DNA of 64,000 bases. Source: a virus (taxonomy: Duplodnaviria > Caudoviricetes). The notes under the pieces are model-generated. The model was given only the letters and a program-made list of their open reading frames with translations. It searched no databases and was not told the DNA's origin. The stretch spans positions 1 through 64,000 of the IMG/VR virus record IMGVR_UViG_3300028833_000057. One strand, written 5' to 3'. This document shows positions 48,423-59,458 of this stretch, in pieces. Every line of letters begins with the position of its first letter. Within the stretch, counting starts at the first letter, position 1. The position numbers and the translations under genes are program-made.

Positions 48423-49440
48423 GATTTATAAAGGATTGATAGTTCTTGAGGAATTCAAGAATCTTCCAGTAGAAGGATTTTACAATGTAGATCCTTCACT
48501 TGTAAGAGTCTTGAATAAGAGACTTAGAACTGACGATAGTGAACTTTGGAAAATCTATATCCAGAGCTATGGATACGGAATCATGTATTTGCGTGATTTC
48601 CTGTTGATGATTACTAAGAATAATAACCTTCCATATAAGGATGGCTATTTGGTATTGAAGTCTCTTCAGACAATCGATGATGCAAATCTTAAGAAACTCT
48701 TGACCAAGATTGCAAATAATTCTATTGATGAAGGACATACAGTTGTAGCATTTGATAGATCTCTGAATGATCTTGATCCTATTGTTGGTGAAGAAGGTAG
48801 ACCGGCACTGGATAAGTCAGTTCAGAATGATGATATCAATGCATATAATCGTTATCTCATGAAGAATGGGACAGTCCGTACCAAAATCAATGAAGTCTAT
48901 GCAAAGATCCTTAATCTTAGTGATGAAGCATCTACCGCACAGAGCTTCTTGAGTGTTGTTCAAGAGAGACTTGAAGATTTAATTGCTAGAAGAGTTGCTT
49001 TGAAAGACGTATACAATACGTATGTCAATGAACAATCTCCGCAATCTGAACAGTTACATTTTGATCTGATTCTTGAAGGCATTGATGAAACATTCAAGGC
49101 TTCAAATCTCAGTGATTATTATGGATCATTAGAAGAATTTATTAGTGATCATGGAATGAGCAATTTCGTGATTAGTGCAGAAAAGAAATGGGCAATGTCA
49201 AAGATTGCCGGTGAAGATTCATTTAAGGTTCAGTGTATCAATAATATCTTCGACGAGATTTTTAGTAATGACTATAATTCGTTGAAGGGAAAGAAGGTAT
49301 ATAGAACTAAGGATGAATTCATGATTAGCAATTACATTGAGGCAATAGATAATGCACTTTCAATGGGAATGATTACCAATGACGAATGGGGTATTTCCTT
49401 CTTGAAAGACACTATGCAACAGTGTTTTGCAATGATTTAG
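48406..49440 (+). CDS. Hypothetical protein
   Basis: 344 aa, GTG start with GGAGG RBS. Confidence 0.75.
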   Translation: MTASNKIYKGLIVLEEFKNLPVEGFYNVDPSLVRVLNKRLRTDDSELWKIYIQSYGYGIMYLRDFLLMITKNNNLPYKDGYLVLKSLQTIDDANLKKLLTKIANNSIDEGHTVVAFDRSLNDLDPIVGEEGRPALDKSVQNDDINAYNRYLMKNGTVRTKINEVYAKILNLSDEASTAQSFLSVVQERLEDLIARRVALKDVYNTYVNEQSPQSEQLHFDLILEGIDETFKASNLSDYYGSLEEFISDHGMSNFVISAEKKWAMSKIAGEDSFKVQCINNIFDEIFSNDYNSLKGKKVYRTKDEFMISNYIEAIDNALSMGMITNDEWGISFLKDTMQQCFAMI

Positions 49441-49460
49441 CCTGACGCAATAGGGTGAAG

Positions 49461-49500
49461 AGATGGGATGTGGCGAAAGCTGCATCCCTATCTTTTTTTT
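49461..49500 (+). terminator. Intrinsic terminator, GAAA loop
   Basis: agatgggatgtggc-gaaa-gctgcatccctatct plus T run. Confidence 0.8.
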
Positions 49501-49515
49501 ATATTTTATGTCAAA

Positions 49516-49527
49516 AACAACACATTG
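49516..49527 (+). promoter_or_regulatory. Late promoter motif
   Basis: AACAACACATTG. Confidence 0.6.
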
Positions 49528-49549
49528 TTTATAAGTATATAGGTTTATT

Positions 49550-52500
49550 ATGGCAAATAAGCGATATATCAAAAATGTTATTAAATCATTTAAGCAGGTA
49601 GTTCCTGATGCTATAGGCGAGTCTTTACCGGGTGCAAAAGGATTAATTAACTTTATAAAATCTCCTGCTGGCGAAGGTTCCACTATAAAAGAAACTTTCA
49701 AAGAGATTGTCAACGATTACAAAACTGAAGTCGATACAGTTACGGGTGTCTTCAAGAAATTTAAAAAAGGCATAAAAACTGGTGCATTCTACGATCGTGA
49801 TGCAGATATAGATATGTCTGCATTCGGTGGTGATTTTGATGCAAGTTTTAAAGACGACGATCTATTTGGAGATAATGACGACTGGGATTCCAGTTCTTCT
49901 GAAAAAGCATCTAGTGATGTAGGCGGTGGTTCTACTAATGTAAATTTCGTAGGTGGTGGTGACGATAATAATGCCGGTCTTATATCTGGTGCAATGGCTG
50001 TAGGTTCTGCAAGAACTGTTGGAGCTATTGAAAAGGGTACTGCCATAAATTTTGCCGTAATGAATTCTATTGATGCTAGATTATCTAGAATCGAAGAAGC
50101 TAATCAGAAATTCTTCTCTGCAAATCTTGAATTACTATCCTCTATTAAATCTAATGTAGAAGCGATGGTAAAGATACAAGGTTCTAAGGAAACAGATTTA
50201 CCTATTTCACAGATGGAAAGATTATTTGGTGATGGTAGCCAAGAATTTAATCTTCGTCTGTATATGAGACATCTTTCTAAGAAAGTCAAGAATAATGACT
50301 ATGCAAGCATGTTGCCTATGCTTGGAATGATGAATCCTATGAATATGGCAACTATGGCAGGTACCCAGTACCTTATGAAGAAGATTCCTTTCTTTGCCAC
50401 TGTTGAAAAGATGTCTAAGATGCTTGAAGGCATTGGTCAGCTTACATTGCATAATATGGCCAATGTTAAGGGCAATGGCATGATTAGTAAGCTCTTTAGA
50501 TTTTTCGGTGTAAAGACTACTGCCGAAGTAGGTAAAGTTAGCTTAGGAAAAATGAGTAAGGGGCCAATACCCTTTGATGGTGAGACTAAAGAAGCCATTA
50601 CACGAGCTATCCCAGGATATTTGGCAAAAATCCTTAATGTAATGAAGCACGGAAAAGGTGCTAAAGATGATACATTAGAAATATATGATAATGATCAGCG
50701 TCAATTTAGAACTGCTGGCTCAATTCGTAAAAAGAGAAAAGAATCTGAGCAGTATGATATTGGCGAAATTAGAGGATTTATAGAAGCCTGTGTAGCTGCT
50801 TCTGGTGTATCTGGTAAAGAAGAAGCTAAAGTAAGAGAGCAGATCTTTAAAGTAGTCTCGGATGCAGTATTAAAAGGTAAATCCTTCGGTGACCCCGATA
50901 TGTTCTCTCATCTTTCTGGTAAGATGAAGAATATTATTCAAGGTGTTCATCGTGGCATGATCAATGACCACAATCGTATAAGAAAGTTACAGCAAGATGC
51001 ATTTAGCTATACAGCTACTAAACAAACTCAGGGTTATTCTGATATTGAAAAAGCTGTAGAACATGCTGTTACTAATGACGGTGGTTCAAAAGAAACCATT
51101 TCAGTTTCTGGATATTTTGAAAAGAAAAATCAAGGTAAACTAGAAGATTTACTTAAGAGATTATGTGGTAATGATAAAGGTGGCCAAGATCTCTTTAAGA
51201 AATTGATGAAGGATTATAAGGCTTTCCAAGAAAGAAAAAAGCGTGAGCCATTTAACTGGAATCTTACACTTGATAAATTTTTAGAAGATGCTTTAGGCCA
51301 AGCTCAGGCTAAAAAATTAAAAGATACTGTAGATCAGATAAATGCTGAAATATATGGTAATTCTTTTAGTAAAGATATTGAAGATATTATAGGCGATATT
51401 GATTTATCTGCATCCGCAGAGCATGTTGCAAAAATAGAAGGATATGCAGATATTGATAGTATAACTAGCCAAAGAGGTAAGAGATATGCCAATTCTTTAA
51501 GTGATTTTACCATTAATGGTATACAACGCTTGGCTACCAGAGGTGATAGAGCTACAGGCAAAATACTTAAAAAATTTGGATATGCTAAGGGCGGTTATAC
51601 TGGTAAAGGTGCAAAGAATGAACCTGCTGGTGTTGTCCATAAAGACGAATATGTTGTACCTAAAGAAGTTGTTAATTCAGCACAAGGCGGAAAACTTGTT
51701 AGAGTTCTTGAAAAGCTACGTGCAAAATTCTTAGGTGGTGTTGATAGTGATCATACTGAACTATCAAACGATCTCGTTGGTGGTGATGAAGGCGTTTCAA
51801 ATAGACAAGCTCAGAAACGTTTAAATATTTATCAAGAACTGACTGAATTAGATATTCCATACGACCAAGCTATTACTATTGCAAGAATGGCTGAGGTTGA
51901 TAGTAAGACTGCTAAAGAATTCATTAGAAAAGCTAGAGAAGATAAAAAAGCACGAAATTTAGAAAATAAAAGAACTAAGGGCGACTTTGGTGGTGATCTT
52001 GTTGAGATAATCAAGAATGATGTAACTGGACCACTTAAAGAAGCATGGCTTGGAACTAAAGCTGCTGTTAAAGAAGGTAATTTAACTGCATCAGATATAC
52101 TTGGTAAAGCAAAAGATATGTTCCCAGGTATGGCAAAATATGCTGGTGCTGGTTTAGCTGCGGGATTTTTCTTACCCGGTGGCCCTTTAATGGGAGCGAT
52201 TACCGGCGGTGCTATTGGTGCATTACGGCAGAATAAAGTATTACGTGGATACTTCTTCGGTGAACATGACGAAAATGGTGATGTTCAGAAAAGAGGTCTA
52301 TTCCCTAAGCTTGCTGGTGCCTTTATTAAATCTATATATGGTAAGGAAGTTGGCGATAAAGCTGAAACTAACTTAAGATCATTCTTTAAGAATCCTTTAT
52401 CTACATTAGCTTCGGCATGGAAAGATCCACAGGGCAAAAAGATAATGCTCGGTGCAGGTGCAGGTGGTATTCTTGGTTCAATGTTTGGACCAGGTGGTGC

Positions 52501-55500
52501 CATTATAGGTGCATTTGCTGGTGGTATGCTAGGAAAGAAAAAACAACAAAGCTATTTTAGCAAAGTATTATTTGGCGATAGAATTGTTGGAAAGGACGGC
52601 ACTGTTAAGGGCTATAAAGGTGGCCTGTGGCAATCTTTATCTGGTGCATTTAATGCATTAGTAGCTGGCCCTGCTCAAGCTATGCTTGTTGGTGGCAGTC
52701 TTACAGATTATAAAGATATGATGTCTGGTAAGATTAGTCCTCATAAAATTCGTGCCAATCTTAAGAAAGGTCTTGCAAATGTTGCTGGCGGTGCCGCTGC
52801 TGGTGGTTTGATAGGTTCATTCTTTGGTCCAGGCGGTACTCTTATTGGTGCACTTCTTGGTTCTACTACTGGCATACGTCCAGTTCGTGCTGCTGCTAAA
52901 CGACTTATGTTTGGTAAGGAGAATGCCGATACTGGTAAAAAAGAAGGTGGCATATTCGGATTTGTTAAGAAAGTTGGATCTTTAGCTGCAACATTAGCAT
53001 CATTCTTAGCTAATGGTGTTGATCCAGATAAGTACCCATTCTTAAGTAAAGTTGCTAAAGTATTAGGATGGACAATAGGTCTTCCAATTAAGATCGCAGG
53101 TGGTGCTGCAAAGACTGCTGGTGGATTACTCTCTAAGTTCAGAAAGTTCTCTACGAGTTCTCATACAGTTCTATCAGGTAAAGATCTTATTGCTGCTCTT
53201 AATGCTGATGAAAAAGCCAGTGGTGCTGAAAAAGCTATAGGTTCTGGCGTTGGTATTATTGCTGATAATTTAACAGAAATAAAAGATCATCTAATTGGTA
53301 ATACTGCCACTGCCACTGCTGAGAAGGCTGAAGCAGATAATGGTGCTAATACGGCTGAAGAAATACAAGAACAAAATAAAGAAAAAGAAGCTGAAAAGGA
53401 AAAGAAAGAAGATAAGAAGCATAGAGGTCGTCTAGGTAAGACTCTTGATAAGATTAAAGGCTTACTAGGTGAAGGTAATGAGAATAATAAAGGTATCCTT
53501 GGTACTATTGTTAGCGGTATTACGTCTATCATTGGTATGATGGGTGCAAAAAATGCTCTAAATGCCTTTAGTGGCGGCATTGGAAGATTCGGTGGTAAAT
53601 TTGGTAAAGCTTTAGCCGTTGCCGGTATAGCTACTGCAGCTGTTGGCATAGGTAAAGGCGTATATCAATCATTTAGTGCAGATTCTCCAGAAGGAAAAGC
53701 TCAAGGCGACCAGAATGCTATAAATGGTGCGCATCTTGGTGCTCAGTCATCTATTCTTCTAAAAATGAGTAGCCTTAAAGATAAGGCTAAGAATCTAGCT
53801 GGCGAAGGTATTGAAAAAGCCAAAGGTATATTTGGAAAAGTCGGTGGATTCTTCAAGAAAGTCGGCGGTAAGATTGCTTCTGGTGCTAAAACGGCTTTTA
53901 GTTGGATTAAAGATAAGGCTTCAGCTCTTAAAGGTATATTTAAAGAAACTAAAGGCGTTATACCTAAATTATTTAAGAAATTATCTAAACTTGTAAGCAA
54001 ATTTGCTAAGAGAGTTCCGTTACTCGGTGCATTCTTTGTAGCTATAGAAGAAATTATGGCTGTAAAGAAATTTGTAGATCAAGGTGGAACTAGTACTGAT
54101 AAGTCGGTATCATCCATTAGCCCTAGAGAAAGAATATTAGACTTAGTCAAGAACTCTGCAACTGCTTTTGTCGATTTAATTATGCTAATTGTATCAGGCG
54201 CATTAACGGTGTTATTACCGGGTATTGGTGCAGCTATTGCAGGACTTATTGCAGTTATAGATGTTGCTCTTTCATTCATAAGTGGAGAGGGTATAGCAGA
54301 ATATGCAGGTAAGTATATTGCCGAGAGTTTAGGTCCATCTATTGCAGATATATTTGGCTGGACTGAAGCCAGAAATACTGCTTGGAAAAATGGTCAGCTT
54401 GAAGAATATGATAAGAAGCATGAAAAAGATGTTGTAAATAATGCTAAGGCTTTTGTTGAGAAAGTACAGAAAGAAGAAAAGCCAACAGCAATACCTCCGG
54501 TAAATACTACAGCAGCTCCGGCTCCAGCACCTACAGCAGCTCCAGGAACTAAACCTCCAGAACCAGCAGCACCTGCCCCAGCTCCAGCTGCACCAGCTCC
54601 GGCAAAGGCTCCTGAATTTGATCATGAAAGACATGGCAAACTTACTATAGAAAAATTCAATCAGAGAAAGGCTGCATTTGAGGCTAGAAAGAAAGCAGCA
54701 GAAGATGCCGGTAAAAAATTTAATGGTCAATTCGATGAACAGGCTCAGTTAACACTTGCTGAAGAAGAAGCCAGAGCTGAAATTCTTAAGGAAATGGCGG
54801 CTAAAGCAGGAAGTAATGAAACTGCTAGTCCTGGATCTTTTGATATAAATACATATGATATAACTAAACCTGTAAAAAATATATGGGATTATGTACAAGT
54901 TATAGGTAGCGGCGGTAAGGAAACCATTGATAAACTTGATTCTGAAGTTAAGGATAACTTAGGTCACTTAGGTTACATATACTATAGTTTATACGGTGAA
55001 AAATTACCAGTTAATTCAGCATATCGTAATCCTAACACACAGGGTCGAATATATGAAAATGGAAATAAAGATGTAATGGAATTAGCTAATAGAGCTACCG
55101 GTAAGAAACCTGGACAATATTTATCTGAGTTCAAAACAAATTTCCCAGGAACATCTGATCATGAAACTGGATTTGCCATAGATATATGGAATGCAGATTT
55201 ACCCAAACAAAATCGTAAAAAAGATGAGATAATGACACGTATGTTTGGATATACCGGAAGTGATCCAGCTATAGTAACCGATCCTAAGAATCCAAAGGCA
55301 CATAAATTTAAATATAAAGATGATAGCGTACTTGGTATATTTAATAGATTAAAGAGTAAAGCTAAACTACCAGGAATGTATAGAGCTTCTGGCGGCTGGC
55401 GTCCTAAAAGTCAAGACTGGAATGAGCATTGGCATATACAAAGTACTCCGGATCCTAAAAATGATGCTAAGAGATGGAGAGAATCATATGATGCTAGAGT

Positions 55501-55939
55501 TCATGCTATAGATACGCTAGATAATCAGATAAAAGCACTATCTGGCGGTAAAAAAGAATTAAAGCAAAGTGTACGTGATATATATACATCTAAAGAATTA
55601 CCATTGGATAAAGATGGTAAACCATATAGACCCAAACAAATACATACAAAATATGGTGTACAACATCCTAATATTACTCAAACTGCTTCAACTGGTGGTA
55701 AAGGTGATACCGGTGATGATGAGACATCAAGTTCGTCTAGTGGAAATATTATTAATAATTCTGAAATTACTGACTTACTTAAGGGTATATTAACTGCAAT
55801 ATTGTCTCTTAATAAGGGTACAGATAATAGTAAGAATGAAAATATCCTTCAGAAACTATTTATACCTTCTTCTGAAGCATTTAATCCGAATGAATCTGCT
55901 ATGACTCTTCTTGGGTCAAGGCTTTGTGTCGGATTATAA
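49550..55939 (+). CDS. Tape-measure-like protein with glycine-zipper helices and a C-terminal M15B/VanY-like peptidase
   Basis: AKGGYTG....EPAGVVHKDEYVVP tape-measure motif; 3 Gly-zippers; Pro/Ala linker; SAYR...PGTSDHETGFAIDI...EHWH. Confidence 0.8.
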   Translation: MANKRYIKNVIKSFKQVVPDAIGESLPGAKGLINFIKSPAGEGSTIKETFKEIVNDYKTEVDTVTGVFKKFKKGIKTGAFYDRDADIDMSAFGGDFDASFKDDDLFGDNDDWDSSSSEKASSDVGGGSTNVNFVGGGDDNNAGLISGAMAVGSARTVGAIEKGTAINFAVMNSIDARLSRIEEANQKFFSANLELLSSIKSNVEAMVKIQGSKETDLPISQMERLFGDGSQEFNLRLYMRHLSKKVKNNDYASMLPMLGMMNPMNMATMAGTQYLMKKIPFFATVEKMSKMLEGIGQLTLHNMANVKGNGMISKLFRFFGVKTTAEVGKVSLGKMSKGPIPFDGETKEAITRAIPGYLAKILNVMKHGKGAKDDTLEIYDNDQRQFRTAGSIRKKRKESEQYDIGEIRGFIEACVAASGVSGKEEAKVREQIFKVVSDAVLKGKSFGDPDMFSHLSGKMKNIIQGVHRGMINDHNRIRKLQQDAFSYTATKQTQGYSDIEKAVEHAVTNDGGSKETISVSGYFEKKNQGKLEDLLKRLCGNDKGGQDLFKKLMKDYKAFQERKKREPFNWNLTLDKFLEDALGQAQAKKLKDTVDQINAEIYGNSFSKDIEDIIGDIDLSASAEHVAKIEGYADIDSITSQRGKRYANSLSDFTINGIQRLATRGDRATGKILKKFGYAKGGYTGKGAKNEPAGVVHKDEYVVPKEVVNSAQGGKLVRVLEKLRAKFLGGVDSDHTELSNDLVGGDEGVSNRQAQKRLNIYQELTELDIPYDQAITIARMAEVDSKTAKEFIRKAREDKKARNLENKRTKGDFGGDLVEIIKNDVTGPLKEAWLGTKAAVKEGNLTASDILGKAKDMFPGMAKYAGAGLAAGFFLPGGPLMGAITGGAIGALRQNKVLRGYFFGEHDENGDVQKRGLFPKLAGAFIKSIYGKEVGDKAETNLRSFFKNPLSTLASAWKDPQGKKIMLGAGAGGILGSMFGPGGAIIGAFAGGMLGKKKQQSYFSKVLFGDRIVGKDGTVKGYKGGLWQSLSGAFNALVAGPAQAMLVGGSLTDYKDMMSGKISPHKIRANLKKGLANVAGGAAAGGLIGSFFGPGGTLIGALLGSTTGIRPVRAAAKRLMFGKENADTGKKEGGIFGFVKKVGSLAATLASFLANGVDPDKYPFLSKVAKVLGWTIGLPIKIAGGAAKTAGGLLSKFRKFSTSSHTVLSGKDLIAALNADEKASGAEKAIGSGVGIIADNLTEIKDHLIGNTATATAEKAEADNGANTAEEIQEQNKEKEAEKEKKEDKKHRGRLGKTLDKIKGLLGEGNENNKGILGTIVSGITSIIGMMGAKNALNAFSGGIGRFGGKFGKALAVAGIATAAVGIGKGVYQSFSADSPEGKAQGDQNAINGAHLGAQSSILLKMSSLKDKAKNLAGEGIEKAKGIFGKVGGFFKKVGGKIASGAKTAFSWIKDKASALKGIFKETKGVIPKLFKKLSKLVSKFAKRVPLLGAFFVAIEEIMAVKKFVDQGGTSTDKSVSSISPRERILDLVKNSATAFVDLIMLIVSGALTVLLPGIGAAIAGLIAVIDVALSFISGEGIAEYAGKYIAESLGPSIADIFGWTEARNTAWKNGQLEEYDKKHEKDVVNNAKAFVEKVQKEEKPTAIPPVNTTAAPAPAPTAAPGTKPPEPAAPAPAPAAPAPAKAPEFDHERHGKLTIEKFNQRKAAFEARKKAAEDAGKKFNGQFDEQAQLTLAEEEARAEILKEMAAKAGSNETASPGSFDINTYDITKPVKNIWDYVQVIGSGGKETIDKLDSEVKDNLGHLGYIYYSLYGEKLPVNSAYRNPNTQGRIYENGNKDVMELANRATGKKPGQYLSEFKTNFPGTSDHETGFAIDIWNADLPKQNRKKDEIMTRMFGYTGSDPAIVTDPKNPKAHKFKYKDDSVLGIFNRLKSKAKLPGMYRASGGWRPKSQDWNEHWHIQSTPDPKNDAKRWRESYDARVHAIDTLDNQIKALSGGKKELKQSVRDIYTSKELPLDKDGKPYRPKQIHTKYGVQHPNITQTASTGGKGDTGDDETSSSSSGNIINNSEITDLLKGILTAILSLNKGTDNSKNENILQKLFIPSSEAFNPNESAMTLLGSRLCVGL

Positions 55940-55943
55940 AATT

Positions 55944-55976
55944 AATATACATTACCATATAATGGTAATGTATATT
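55944..55976 (+). terminator. Intrinsic terminator
   Basis: aatatacattacca/tggtaatgtatatt. Confidence 0.8.
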
Positions 55977-56022
55977 TTTATTATCCAACTTCTAAATGAA
56001 TATAAATAATATAGGTACTATC

Positions 56023-58068
56023 ATGGAACTATATACCGACATAGATAAAAAATCTGGCAAAGTTATGGCCAATAATACAGCCGCTAGCGCATGGCTAGTA
56101 GGAAGATCTGTCAAAGAACAGACCGAAGCTAAGGAAGCATTAGATAATTTACATAAAAATCCAGAAGTTGGAAATTCCAGGTATGGTATACCTACAATTA
56201 GAGAAAGACTACAATACAGAGCCGACAGTGCTACAGCTGTTGCAAACGTTGGTGATATAGATAATATAAAAGATGTAGTTAACAGACGCGTTGCTCAGCT
56301 TATGTATGGTGAAGCTATGGGCGATGAAGATCTTTACCAACGTATATGTGAAGAGTATACTGGAAGTTCTACACCTAACAGGTCTGTATCTTTTTTTACT
56401 AAGTTATTTGGTGGAAGTGGTACACAGGTATCAGATGATGCAAAAACTCTTGGATTAGGATTTAATAAAGAAAAGGCAATGAAAGCCTTTACAAATATGA
56501 TCCGAGGAAACTATAAGCCAAAAGATTCTGCGAATTTAGCACAATTTAATCAGGCATTAGATAAAATGACTGACTTTTCACTAGAGTCTCTTAGTGAAGT
56601 CTTTAAATACTCTGGTCCTGCTGAAGATTTAGGTGATCTTGCAGATTCTGCAGGTATGATGTGGGATGTTGCTAAAAAAATTGCTGAAGGAACAACAAAA
56701 CTAAATCCAATGTCATTTATGGCAGCAGGTACTGCATTTGTAGACTTTTGGAAAAGTAAAAAACGATTTAAATGGATACGTAATGCTGTATTTGGTGAAT
56801 CATTAATTGGTCCAGAAGATTCACATGTTGGTAATGTGATGGCTTTAAGATCAAGAATAATGGGGCTTCCTCCTGCACTTCTAAATGCAGTAGATCCATT
56901 AGCAAGAGCATATAATAATAATGTAATAGCTACACAGCATGTGATGACAATTGTTCCAGGAATATTTGATTATACTGGTATCGCATGGGCTACTAAAAGA
57001 GGATTCTCTACTCCTGCTCTTGAAGAAGAAATGAAATCATTTTTAAATGGTACATCACAGACGCTAGTCTTTGATGCTACATCTATTACTAGAAATCTAA
57101 TTGATACTCTTAATAAGAAAAATAGAAGACTAGCAAACTTCTCTCCGCAAATTGGTACTTTCCTTAGAGTATATAATACTCTTATGAGTAGATTCATAGC
57201 AAGACTTTCTCCAACATCTGCAACTGCTGTTTTAATAGATGGATGGAAAGGTGCTGATGAAACAAAGTTTGATAATAGACTTGTAACTACCGGATGGGGT
57301 GGCATTGAATTTGCCATAAATTCAAATACTACTGTTAGTGAAACGGCTTCTAGTTCTTGGGGTCAAGGCACTACTGAAGGTATGATGCAAGCTTGGGAAG
57401 GTGCATTAAATAAAGTTACCGATTCTATAAAAAGTATTTTAGGTAGTGGTTTTACAGATTTCTTTAATAAGCATAAATCTATAACGAACTTCCCTAAGCA
57501 TTGGGAAGGCAGTAGCTTTAATAAGTCATATACGCTATCATTTAGATTGGAATGTCCTTATGGTAGTACTGATCATCTTCTTGAATATGTATATAAGCCA
57601 TTTGCATCTTTACTTGCAATGACTATGCCTATATTTGAGAATGAAAACTCATATAGCTCTCCATTTATAGTAAGAGTAGATTGTCCGGGCTTCTTTTCCA
57701 TTGATGCCGGTGCAATTACATCATTAGATATAAGAAGAGGCGTTGATGAGAATTCATGGTCAGCACAAGGCATGGCTACATGTCTAGAAATTACTATGAC
57801 TATTATGGATATGTATGAAACTATGGCTCTTCCAGTTGGCCCTGCATCTTTCTTTGTAAACTATCCAATGCAGACATATATAGATAATATTGCCGGTATG
57901 AACTATAAGGAAATTTATACTGGTGGTTCTTTCGCATCGGCTGCCCGTACATATGCTGCATATACAAGAGCATTACCTGATGTATATAAGAACGTTATTA
58001 AGAGTAAAGCTAGTGAAAAGGCGTGGAAATTACCAGGCAGCCTTTGGGGTACTAGTAAAAATCGATAA
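56023..58068 (+). CDS. Putative baseplate hub/tail-tube-initiator-like structural protein
   Basis: C-terminal P..W..S.F.KSY.L.F.L..PYG...SPF.V......AITSL.I.RG pattern; follows the tape-measure gene; start moved to MELYT; late motif at 55987-55998. Confidence 0.5.
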   Translation: MELYTDIDKKSGKVMANNTAASAWLVGRSVKEQTEAKEALDNLHKNPEVGNSRYGIPTIRERLQYRADSATAVANVGDIDNIKDVVNRRVAQLMYGEAMGDEDLYQRICEEYTGSSTPNRSVSFFTKLFGGSGTQVSDDAKTLGLGFNKEKAMKAFTNMIRGNYKPKDSANLAQFNQALDKMTDFSLESLSEVFKYSGPAEDLGDLADSAGMMWDVAKKIAEGTTKLNPMSFMAAGTAFVDFWKSKKRFKWIRNAVFGESLIGPEDSHVGNVMALRSRIMGLPPALLNAVDPLARAYNNNVIATQHVMTIVPGIFDYTGIAWATKRGFSTPALEEEMKSFLNGTSQTLVFDATSITRNLIDTLNKKNRRLANFSPQIGTFLRVYNTLMSRFIARLSPTSATAVLIDGWKGADETKFDNRLVTTGWGGIEFAINSNTTVSETASSSWGQGTTEGMMQAWEGALNKVTDSIKSILGSGFTDFFNKHKSITNFPKHWEGSSFNKSYTLSFRLECPYGSTDHLLEYVYKPFASLLAMTMPIFENENSYSSPFIVRVDCPGFFSIDAGAITSLDIRRGVDENSWSAQGMATCLEITMTIMDMYETMALPVGPASFFVNYPMQTYIDNIAGMNYKEIYTGGSFASAARTYAAYTRALPDVYKNVIKSKASEKAWKLPGSLWGTSKNR

Positions 58069-58085
58069 TATTGATATTATATTCA

Positions 58086-58123
58086 TATATTAAAAAATGA
58101 CCATGATCGAGTGATCATGGTCA
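58086..58123 (+). promoter_or_regulatory. Early promoter TATATTAA plus perfect 11-bp hairpin
   Basis: tgaccatgatc-gagt-gatcatggtca directly after the motif. Confidence 0.55.
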
Positions 58124-58154
58124 ATTAACCCAAAGCGAAAAAGGACAAAGAACT

Positions 58155-58553
58155 ATGAGTAAGTTCTTGCAGGGATTGCGTAGTGATATGGTCGCTACGT
58201 ACAAAAGGAAAAAGAAGGCTGTCATTAAGGCAGCTATGGCAGTAGCTAGCTTCAAAATGGGGGAAAACCAAGTAGGCGATGGCCTCTTCACTTTTGGAGA
58301 TTACTCCGAAGGCGATGAGCTTGCCTTCCTTGGTTCCACCAAGGATTGTTTCAAGTTGAAAGGTGACTTTGTTGTCACTGCTTGTCAAAGAACGATTGAC
58401 GACAACGGACAAGTGACATTACTTGTTCGTGACGATCGTCCTGATAAACAGGGTAACAAAGTCAGGGATCTCCTGAAAAATGGAGACATGGAAGTGGTGA
58501 ACTTCCTACTTTACTTGGAACCGATCCTTCAGGTTGAACTGAAAGACGAATAA
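58155..58553 (+). CDS. Hypothetical early protein
   Basis: 132 aa, AAGGA RBS, own promoter and terminator. Confidence 0.75.
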   Translation: MSKFLQGLRSDMVATYKRKKKAVIKAAMAVASFKMGENQVGDGLFTFGDYSEGDELAFLGSTKDCFKLKGDFVVTACQRTIDDNGQVTLLVRDDRPDKQGNKVRDLLKNGDMEVVNFLLYLEPILQVELKDE

Positions 58554-58580
58554 GCTACTGTGAGGATTTTGTCCTCGCTT

Positions 58581-58621
58581 GGGGAGGGGCGGGCGGTGCC
58601 TGTCTCTCCCCTTCTTTTTTT
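58581..58621 (+). terminator. GC-rich intrinsic terminator
   Basis: ggggaggggcgggc/gcctgtctctcccc plus T tract. Confidence 0.8.
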
Positions 58622-58886
58622 ACTCTAATTCATATAGATTATTATCTTTGAGAACTTCAGGAAGATCTTTTATTGCACAAGTAGTTATTAATAGATCTTC
58701 CACAAATAAATCAGCCTTATCATTTTTTATATCATAGCATATATATGCTGATAAGCCTTTATCATTTTTATATTTAGAGATTTCAAATTCTGAAGCTCTC
58801 CAATATTTTAGGACGCCTTCTATTTTTTTATACTTGAAGACTGCAAAATCACAAATATCCATTATACAAATGGCTGATCTGCCCAA
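58620..58886 (-). CDS. Hypothetical protein
   Basis: 88-aa ORF overlapping the rusA end. Confidence 0.6.
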   Translation of the reverse strand: MGRSAICIMDICDFAVFKYKKIEGVLKYWRASEFEISKYKNDKGLSAYICYDIKNDKADLFVEDLLITTCAIKDLPEVLKDNNLYELE

Positions 58887-59401
58887 GTCATAATAATTTC
58901 AGTTCTAGGAGTATATGATAGATATTTTTCTGAAACTATTTTAGTAATTTGAGCATCATCTCTATAAGTAATTCCATTAAGAGCGTCCTGAATTAGCTTA
59001 ATGAAATTATCAACATCTGGCCTACCAAGAGGTCTTAGAATCTCGGCTTCGTAAAGTAGAGCAATAGGTTTAGGTAGTGACTTTGGAATTGGTCTATACG
59101 CCTTAATAAACATCTGAATCTCGCCTTGGATCATAGATATTTCTTGACCAAATTCTTCTTCAAAATAAGACTGAATTACACGTTTTTCAGGCGTATTAGG
59201 GTCATACATACCTGATATTCTTGAAGCTCTATGACGTTTCCAAGCTTTAGGAGATCCATAAATAATAATTTTCTTTGAGTTAGTAAGCTCAAGAGATTTA
59301 GTAGATAAGAAATTATCTAATTTCTTTATTATCTTGTCATCAATTTCGAAAGGGATATTTGGATGAGATGCCAAGATATTTTTGATATCTAAACCAGTCA
59401 T
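58862..59401 (-). CDS. rusA: RusA-family Holliday junction resolvase
   Basis: G.P....R.R, PDVDNFIKLIQDALNG..Y.DDAQI, K.....PR.EI. Confidence 0.9.
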   Translation of the reverse strand: MTGLDIKNILASHPNIPFEIDDKIIKKLDNFLSTKSLELTNSKKIIIYGSPKAWKRHRASRISGMYDPNTPEKRVIQSYFEEEFGQEISMIQGEIQMFIKAYRPIPKSLPKPIALLYEAEILRPLGRPDVDNFIKLIQDALNGITYRDDAQITKIVSEKYLSYTPRTEIIMTWADQPFV

Positions 59402-59409
59402 AATTTACC

Positions 59410-59448
59410 AAAAAAAAAAATGAATCACCATCATGATGATTCATTTTT
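59410..59448 (-). terminator. Hairpin with A/T tracts
   Basis: aaaaatgaatca/tgattcattttt. Confidence 0.6.
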
Positions 59449-59458
59449 AAGTTAATAA

